The notes below the pieces were generated by a model. That model was not told the DNA's origin, did no database searches, and saw only the letters and a program-made list of their open reading frames with translations. A program made the position numbers and the translations under genes. Positions 30,477 to 38,205 of a DNA stretch of 38,205 nt are shown here, piece by piece (the first letter of the stretch is position 1; each line of letters starts with the position of its first letter). This stretch comes from Coniocarpon cinnabarinum (Eukaryota), in NCBI GenBank assembly GCA_051942205.1, contig JAVECO010000206.1, forward strand, positions 1 to 38,205, in the 5' to 3' direction.

Positions 30477-33050
30477 TCACGCCTCGCCCTCGCCCTCCAA
30501 GGCTTCATCCAATGCCTCCATCATCGCCGCTTCCATCGCGTCTTGCGCTTCTCCTCCTCCTCCTTCGCTCCCCTCACCAGGACGGCCTTCAGATGCCGAA
30601 ACATTCGTGACTTGCGTCAGGCTGGTGGTGCGCTCCAGTGCTCGCTTCTTCCGACGCTGGAGAGCCGGTCCGCGAGCGCTCATGCGCACCTTCGCCGACG
30701 ATCCTTGTGAGCTGCCCACGCTGCTAGCGTCGCTATCACTCCCTTTGTCGCTGTCCTCCTCGTGCTTCCGCTTGCTGGGTATCCGCGAGCCATTCACTTT
30801 CGCAGTGCCTGCGTTGACAGTCTCTTCTGCTTCTCCATCTGAATCCGAGAAATCTTCGTCATCATCATCAGATGCAAACGCCTCGGCCCATTCGGCCTCG
30901 TCTTCTGATAGACTCTTATGTCCATCTTCCTCCCCGTCATCGTCCGGGGCGGCGTCGTCCTCGTCTTCAGCATCATCCTCGCCGACTTCTGGCATTTCCA
31001 TCCCGCCCGCATCCGAGGCGTTCGCGCTCGCTTCCATGGCATCTGAAAACCCCTCGTCGTCCGCCGTACCCGAGCTGCGTCGTCGGTTCTTGGGTGGTTC
31101 CACGTAGACCAAGTAGGGTGCCTCGTCCACATGCTGCCACCATTGTGACACGCTGTCGAGCAGCCATTCGGAACTCACAATGCGGATCTCGTCATCGTTG
31201 CGCTTGCGCTTCCTGATGTTGAGCGACGCCGCCTCTTTCATCTTATCAGTCGGATCGCCTGGCTTACAGACCAGATGTGTTGTGTCTTCTCGGAGCTGGG
31301 ACCGGTAGCTGATGTCTCCCTGGACGACGGCGCCCAGCCTCATGGCCATATCGGCCCACCTTGTTTTCATAATGTCAATATGACGCGGTACCAGTCGAGA
31401 AAAGACGACCCGACTGCCGCGGAGTGGCAAAAAGCGATGTCGTTCAATCACATCCTTCACATCAGGAATCATGCTGGGCCCCGGCACGTTGTAGTCCTGC
31501 TCTTCCATGCGCTCGTCGAAAATGTTGTAGAACGTATTTTGTATTTTCTCCAACATGGCCTCGATGCGATGCAGTTCAGTATCGTCATCCTTGAGCAACG
31601 TCTGAGGGATCGGTGGTCGACTGGCGCTGCGAGCACGTTCCATAGGCACGCTCTGCTCATGTCCCTCGGCGAGCTCGTCGATGCCTTCTGCGGCTCCGTC
31701 TTCCTCCTCGATGGACGCTGCCGCCTCTTCTTGCTCCTTCTCCAGGCTTTTCTGCAGTTGCATCAAGGGTCGCTCATTCAGTTGCGCTGCGAGAGTCTCA
31801 TCTTGTTCCTGTGTCTTACGTTGGATCTCTGACGCATCATTGCTCTCCTGCATAGACACCATCTGACCCAGCGCAGATTCGTCGCCATTAGGCTGGTCTC
31901 CTTGTGAATCCAGGTCGGTGCTGGAGGATGTCGGTGAGCGCTGCAGCTTGATAGGCCCGATATCGCTCTCGTCGGGCGCGTGCTCAGGGTCTGTTCCGTT
32001 TTGATCCTCTGTCGCTTTCGTCGGAGAGTCTTCCTTCGGGGTGGCTGAGGGCTTAGGGGCGTCTTCTTGCTTTGGCAGAAAGCTCGAGTTGATATCTCCG
32101 ATGCCCACGAAGAAGTTAAACGGTTGCACCCGGACAAGGTAGTTGCTCCAATTCCAGACGTCAGCTCGATCGTCAATGATCACAACCATGCGATTGTCCA
32201 CCGGGAAAAGCTTCCGTAAGTTCTTGCTAATCTCCCCGGGAGTCTCTGTTCTGCTCAGAATGCGCTCGCCAAAGAGCTTGCGATCGGGATCAACGAGCTT
32301 GGCGATGTTCTCCGCGTAGGCGCGCGTGCCCATGGTGTAGATATGCAGCTCGTACAGCTTCGACATTTTCTGCAGAAAGTGGTATAAGTTAGGCCGAAGT
32401 TTGATGAAGTATGAGACATTGCGACCTAGGGCGTCATCGAAGAGCTCAAAGACACAGACATCTTCGACGGCGGGGTGATTCGGGTTTCTCTCGTCATCCA
32501 TCCACTCTTTGATTGTTGGGTCCACGGAGGCGTGGATGATGGTGAGATCAAGATCAACAACAAGCGAGAGCTTGCGGTGGTCAATCAATCGCTGCTTCGC
32601 CTCCATGTCGCTACGCGCAGCTTCTTCATCACTGATGCGGAGTGCTTGGTGGTTCGGGGTCACAGTCGTGCTTGCGCGTATCGTTTCCGGTGCGGCGGTG
32701 GTGTAGTCCATCGTGGTGAGATCCTTCCCACACTCGACACACATGCCGCCATATTGGACGCTATGCGTACACTCTTCCTCAACCTCCGCAAGTGCAGAGC
32801 TAGGACCGGAGATGGTGTTGCCCTTCTGGACGACCCAGCTACGCAATGTGCCATCGACGGCGCTTTCAAAGGTGCCATAGAAGGTTTTGTCCACCTCCTC
32901 ACTACCGCCGAACTGATCTTGTTCTGTCACCTTGGTACGATAACTGTACTCAAAGAGGGCCTCCTGCCTCTTGACGGGGTCATTGACTCGTTTGCGGAGA
33001 GTAGCGACGGTGATGGGATAATGAAGCTCGGTCGGGGACTTGATGAGCAT
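30477..33050 (-). CDS. FCP1: RNA polymerase II CTD phosphatase Fcp1, 857 aa
   Basis: CTHSVQYGGMCVECG, KLSLVVDLDLTIIHA (DxDxT), YELHIYTMGTRAYA, MVVIIDDRADVW, BRCT domain (TTHLVC...EWLLDS) and acidic C-terminal tail. Confidence 0.96.
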   Translation of the reverse strand: MLIKSPTELHYPITVATLRKRVNDPVKRQEALFEYSYRTKVTEQDQFGGSEEVDKTFYGTFESAVDGTLRSWVVQKGNTISGPSSALAEVEEECTHSVQYGGMCVECGKDLTTMDYTTAAPETIRASTTVTPNHQALRISDEEAARSDMEAKQRLIDHRKLSLVVDLDLTIIHASVDPTIKEWMDDERNPNHPAVEDVCVFELFDDALGRNVSYFIKLRPNLYHFLQKMSKLYELHIYTMGTRAYAENIAKLVDPDRKLFGERILSRTETPGEISKNLRKLFPVDNRMVVIIDDRADVWNWSNYLVRVQPFNFFVGIGDINSSFLPKQEDAPKPSATPKEDSPTKATEDQNGTDPEHAPDESDIGPIKLQRSPTSSSTDLDSQGDQPNGDESALGQMVSMQESNDASEIQRKTQEQDETLAAQLNERPLMQLQKSLEKEQEEAAASIEEEDGAAEGIDELAEGHEQSVPMERARSASRPPIPQTLLKDDDTELHRIEAMLEKIQNTFYNIFDERMEEQDYNVPGPSMIPDVKDVIERHRFLPLRGSRVVFSRLVPRHIDIMKTRWADMAMRLGAVVQGDISYRSQLREDTTHLVCKPGDPTDKMKEAASLNIRKRKRNDDEIRIVSSEWLLDSVSQWWQHVDEAPYLVYVEPPKNRRRSSGTADDEGFSDAMEASANASDAGGMEMPEVGEDDAEDEDDAAPDDDGEEDGHKSLSEDEAEWAEAFASDDDDEDFSDSDGEAEETVNAGTAKVNGSRIPSKRKHEEDSDKGSDSDASSVGSSQGSSAKVRMSARGPALQRRKKRALERTTSLTQVTNVSASEGRPGEGSEGGGGEAQDAMEAAMMEALDEALEGEGEA

Positions 33051-33933
33051 GGTGGGATTGGCATGGCGTCAGGAGAGCTCGCGCCGGGAGAGAGTGAGCC
33101 CTCAAGCCTTGCTTTAATGGGCGTGATGAGAGCTGCGATGAGAGAGTGGAACGTGGGGAAGACGCGTCACGGTAATGAGTGCAGCCTGGTGTAGACGCTT
33201 GAGATGACGCCAACTGGAACTAGACGGAAATGGTTAATGTAGTGTAGAGAGTAGGCGACAATGATAGGGTATATCTGGGGAAGATCTAGCTTGCGCGTAG
33301 GCTAAAAACTTTCAAGAAATCATTAGCAGTAGCAGTGACAATGCAGCGCGAAATTGGCCGAACTAAATACATTGCAATACGCGCTAAACAGCCCTACCGT
33401 GGCCCAAGCTTGAAGCTCATCAGGTGGAGCACGTGTCGATCGCGTTCCTGAGCTCCAACGTCAACAACGGGCGGACTTTCTTCGCGGATAAATGGTCTGC
33501 GCGCCATGAAGCAATGGAACATCACAGTAAATCAGTCGCTATTCATGAGATTACCTCCTATAATACATGTTTCGTGTCTGCCAATGATACTATCATAACA
33601 GACTGTCCGTCGTCCCGTAATCGCACACTGACGCCTTGCGCTACCCAAGCGTTTCATCAGATCTGTCACGGCCACGAGCCCAAGCTTGATTATGTAAACG
33701 GCGCACCAACAGGAGTGCACCTTCACTGCTTGGTCACGATCGTCAATACATCCTCCTTCGCCTCAAGGGTATCATTAGATAAGAAAACCGAATAAATACG
33801 CATTTTGCCGTGTCGCCCACTCATGCTGCTGATCCAGGATGTAAAGCGACCTCCGGAAACAGTGCATGAGCACCTGTGCCGTGGCTGATCGTGATAATGG
33901 AAGTTCCAGTGGACCTCAGCAACTTGTACTAGC

Positions 33934-36455
33934 TCACCATCCACGCTTGCGCGCGAAGCGCTTGTTGAGCAGTGCCAGAACTTTGGTGACGTTGAACTGA
34001 ACGTACTCCAGGTCGAGGTCCTCTTGGTTGTCCTTCTGCATCTCAAGCAGATCGTCCAGTTTGAGGTCGAGTTCAAGCAGTCCTCGCGTTCGGCCTGAGA
34101 TCACTCATTAGCTGATAAGAAAGCCACTCTCAGCGTGACGTACTTACCCTTGTAATGCAGGCTGATGACGAAGGTGCCAGGCAGTGGGCTGGTAAAGTTG
34201 AAGAAAATATTGGCCCTCCGATTTTCAGGCACATTCGACTTCTGAATGACGCCCTCTTTCTCCAGCTGCTGGTGCGTAAACTTGTACGGTCCCAGCGCGA
34301 CTGGCTTCTTCTGAGACTTGCTGCTCTGCGCCGTGATGCCAGATCTACCGGCGCTCTGGTTGCGAACGTTGTGCAGGTAGTTTTTGTAGGTTTCCAGCTG
34401 CTGCACCAAGAAGGCGTTGTGATCACGGATCGTGCGGAAGACCGACTCTAATCGACGGGTCTCCTCGATGACCTTCTCCTTGATGTTACCAAGGTGTACA
34501 AGTTCCGTCTCAACTTCATCCCGCAACAGGGCAAAGCCATCATCCTTACTGATGGTGCCCATTTCTTGCAGCTGACTGAGCAATTCAATACCACGGATGC
34601 CTTTCCGCACCATGACGGTGTCATTGCGTGTCGTGGCTGCCGCTTCAGCGACCTGGTCCAACCTAAGGGGCCGGCGCGTTACAGTAGAGTTCGCGGGCAG
34701 AGATCGCATGATCAGGACAAAGGTCGACTTGGCTTCCATGAACAGCACCTCCTCGGGTTCAATGTCGAGGGCCGCAGTCAGATCATCGACCGGGGTCTCC
34801 CACTTACTGTACAGCGGCAGACTGATCGTGCGATTCTCTTTGCGCGGTAGTTGCTCGGGGCCGAGACCCAATTCTTGAAGCAGCACACTCAAATGTGAGC
34901 CCTCGTCCTTGGCCATTTCAACGGAATGCTTTTGAAGCAATGCATGCGTTGAGTACACCTCATTCAAGGTAATGGACAGCTCGAGGTCACGCTTCGACAG
35001 GGCAACGTAGTTGTCCATCTCCAAGTTCTCGTAAAAGTCTTGCACTTCACAAATATCCAACAAGAACTTCGAGATGCGCTCTCGATTCTCGTCCAACAGA
35101 GGCTGCAGTGCCTGCATGTACGGCTCCTTGGAGGACGACGGCTTGTTGGCCAGACTCTGCAGAATCTTCGCAATATAAGTGAGGGTGCGCTTGGGGTTTT
35201 CGGCGGGCTGCTTGTCAATGAGCATATATGAGGTGGGCGAGATGATGGCCGGGTTGATGAAGCGCAGAAAGAAGAAGCCGCCAATCAGCGTGCAAATGGT
35301 GGAATCCGAGGCGTCTGGATATTTGCGCCGTGACAAGCTCCTGATCTGCTTGCAAATCCACCTGATGCCGTATGGTATTTCGTCAAGCCCGCGAATGATG
35401 GTGTCCAAGAACATGCCCGCGATCTCTGTTAGCATTTGCACGCGGGGTGCGATTGTAGCTTGCACCTCCGCTTGACGCGCCGCTTCTTCGGAGCTCACAG
35501 ATCTCGGCATGTTCGTAGGAAGCGCGCCACGCTCACGCTCGACCTTCTCGACCATACGCTCATAGACTTTCAAAGGATTGATCTCAAGATCCATATCCTC
35601 CAACTCGATAAGTCGGTTGATACGGTCCGCCAAAATAACCTTGAGATAGCTCTGCCCAGGTCCTCTCCTAGTGTACGTGGTCATCATGCGCGAAGCGGGT
35701 GTGTTCTGGCGCAGCAGTGAGGAGTAGTCTTGTGTGTGATCGAATTGATAGGTGAGCACAGACTGCACATGCCAGTCAGCATCGAAGAGGATTCATGCGC
35801 TCGCACTGCTCACCTGAAACATGGTAAGAAGCAAATATTCTTCTCGGCTTTCATATTGATTTCCGTAGATGGTGAACATGACGGTCTGTAGCAAGGAATC
35901 GATTTCAGCCATGGTGATCAGCCGACACAGGTGTGCGATGTGCTTCGGCTCCGACTGCAGCATGAAGAACAAGTTGCCGTACTTTTGCGTCTTCTCGTCG
36001 CTTGGAAATACCCCTTGCTGAACAGCCTCATGATCATCCAAATGGGACGCAAAATCGTTTTGCTAGAGCAGATTAGCACATAATGTCACAAAGCCACTCG
36101 CTCACCAACATCCTACCTCTTCAATGCGCAATCGATTCTGGATAAGCAACGCGATCCGCGAATCGAGATATCTGACATCCTTTTCCAACACAAAGTTGCG
36201 CTTGCTCTGCGTCGAAATCTTGGCCTTCAAGTCTCTGAGCTGTTTCTGCGCTCGAGCCAAGTCATCTTCAATCTCCGTGTCCTTCTCCTTCGCCGACATG
36301 AAAGAGTAGAGAGCATTGACGGAATACCGCTTGCTCTGACGAAGCGAACGAGAGCCATCGCGGGAAGACACTGTGTTGGCGCGCGAAACCGGGTAGAACG
36401 AATTCTCGGACGAGGTCGACGCACGAGAAGCTGGCGGCATCATAGCGAGAGACAT
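33934..36455 (-). CDS. gapA: Ras GTPase-activating protein (Gap1/Sar1/GapA type); exons 36455-36117, 36062-35814, 35762-34148, 34094-33934
   Basis: LEKDVRYLDSRIALLIQNR, YGNQYESREEYLLL, IPYGIRWICKQIR, GGFFFLRFINPAI (FLR motif), RasGAP_C region, and terminal LLELDLKLDDLLEMQ...KRGW*. Confidence 0.95.
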
Positions 36456-37899
36456 ATGAGGAGTCGTTCAAGATTGAGTGCAAGCGTCGCGAGCCTGCAA
36501 GAGGTCACGAATGCAAGTCCCTCACGGTGTCTTCCAGTACAAATGAGCGGTGAGGTATGGAGCGAAGCGGTGATGAGATGGTGGGGAGAGGACGCGCCAG
36601 TCGCTCACAGGCGCTCTTGTGTTGCTTTTGGCAGCGATCAGATGAATGAATCAAACAGGCCCAACGTTGCACACAATCCTAGAGTCGCAGTATTGACGAA
36701 CACAAACAAAGAAGCACCGAATCTGCGGTGCTCCCTGAGAAGGGTTCCGTTTAGCAGGCGTTACAGAACGGAATGACAGGCCGATTCGGCGAGAGCCACG
36801 TGCTGATGCGGTGAGCAGCCTGCCAAAACGCTGGCCCAAACCTGCAACGGTCGAGGCGCACGCGACCGGCGCGGTGGGCCTGATTGGCAGCCGGGCGCAG
36901 AGCCGCAATCTCGCGGCCGACGATCTGAATGAGTGTGAGAGTATGAAGGGCAGTTTCAGCAGCGGCGCATTCCCAGGCCCCAGGCGCTTGCACGCAGTGA
37001 AAATGCTTCGGCGAGCCTGACAGGGCAGGCGCGCGGACAACGCAGCGAGAGAGAGGCGTTTGTTGGGAGATTTGGTGCGAGGTGAGGCGACTACTTATGC
37101 AGCATTCCGGCGGGAAATGAGTGGACGCAGGCGTGGAGGCAATGTTGACGTGGACGAGTCGGAGCGCTCGCCTGGTCTCTCTGTTCTGGTCCTCGCTGTA
37201 CTTTTCGTCGTGAGGTCTCGGGCGGGTGCAGCTGGTGCTCCGGGCCGCGCGCGGTGGTGAAAGCGGAGCAACGGTCGAGGGCTGCAGAGGGCGCGTGAAA
37301 GGGGCGTGCGATGGAGAGTGGGGGAGAGAGCGCAAGGAGCGTGGAAGAGAGAACGAGAGAGGGTAGCAGTAGTGGTGGGCGTGGGTGGCGTCAAGGGATC
37401 GAGCAGTGAGCGAGCAGGTAGCGAAGCAAGAAGGTATGGAGTGAAGTGAAAGAGGGGAGAGAATCGGAGTGGAGGGGAGTGTCGCGAGGGTAGCGCGTGT
37501 CCGAGTGCGCGTTACGAGTGTCTGGTCTTGGCGGAGATCGTGGCACACCCGCACCCGACACTCCTTTCGAGTCAGGCCGCAACGCCTGTTACTCGTAATT
37601 GCTGCTGTCGGCAACTCCTCCTCCTCCTCGCCAGGCCCCTACTATGGTCTCACGGGCGAATTGTAATGGTTGTCGACGTGGGGAAGAGACATTACGACAG
37701 CCCAGCCTCCATCACCGGCAGATGCAGCGCCAGAGCACGGGCAGTGCGTAGGGTAGTCGTCGGTAGGCCCGTCTGGCGTCACTATTCATAACCTCAAACA
37801 CGGCGCCTGCAACCCTGCCAGCTGCCCGCGCTGCTGGACTCGGCCCCTCTCTTACTACCTATTCTCGCCCTCTCCACTCTCTTAGGTACTGTGCTGACG

Positions 37900-38205
37900 C
37901 CACTTATCCTGCCGCTCCTCTCTCTCTCCCTCTCTCCCTCTCTCCCCTCCTCCACAGCCCAGAGACACCTCCCAACGCCGTCTCCCCAAGCGCCTGTTTC
38001 ACTCATCGGAGCGCCCGCACCCGCACGCAAGCAACCCACGCGCCTGCCCAGACAAGCCTTCCCTGTCCGGCTGCATCCGGCGGCTGCGCACAGACACCCT
38101 GCTCGGAACCTTATCAGACCCAAACTCCCTTCAACCCACCCATCCCTTACCTACCTACCTACTTGCCTAGTCTTCTGCTGCCCTGCCCTGCCCTGCCCTG
38201 TCCTG
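37900..38205 (+). repeat. Pyrimidine-rich low-complexity tract with (CT)n, (CCTA)n and (CTGCC)n microsatellites
   Basis: CTCTCTCTCCCTCTCTCCCTCTCTCCCC at ~37918-37950, ACCTACCTACCTAC at ~38149-38162 and CTGCCCTGCCCTGCCCTGCCCTG at ~38178-38200. Confidence 0.7.

Noticed and set aside
30607..33194. Long plus-strand ORFs antisense to FCP1 (and similar ones opposite Rictor, RasGAP and the NADH dehydrogenase)
   Set aside because: Shadow ORFs produced by codon bias of the real genes on the opposite strand.
36456..38123. ORFs upstream of the RasGAP, including the 287-aa minus-strand ORF 36751-37614
   Set aside because: Low-complexity GC- and purine-skewed sequence typical of a long 5'UTR/promoter, with no protein-like motifs.
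1..38205. CRISPR arrays, rRNA, tRNA and telomeric repeats
   Set aside because: None recognised. The AT-rich block has no (TTAGGG)n array or regular repeat-spacer structure.

Overview
Eukaryotic DNA from a filamentous ascomycete (Pezizomycotina; short GT-AG introns with CTAAC/CTGAC branch points). Bases 1-~2330 are an extremely AT-rich, TpA-rich block of RIP-degraded retroelement relics, including two inverted copies of a ~545-bp LTR-like element. Next to it are a divergent protein tyrosine phosphatase and a five-exon gene broken only by four RIP-type TAA/TAG stops. The gene-dense core carries a CrgA/LONRF-type RING-LON gene (three possible C-termini, one a CaaX box), Rictor, uricase, mitochondrial uL13, CCS1, NoxR, a DHA1-type MFS transporter, a type II NADH dehydrogenase, Fcp1 and a RasGAP. 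The most striking find is a tandem pair of small genes (20439-22522) between NoxR and the MFS gene. They encode what looks like an isolated Ty3/gypsy Gag capsid N-terminal lobe with basic N-termini. They show no LTR, pol or RIP damage and have apparent introns, so they are candidate domesticated gag genes. All gene models were spliced by eye and all family assignments come from motif recognition, not database searches.
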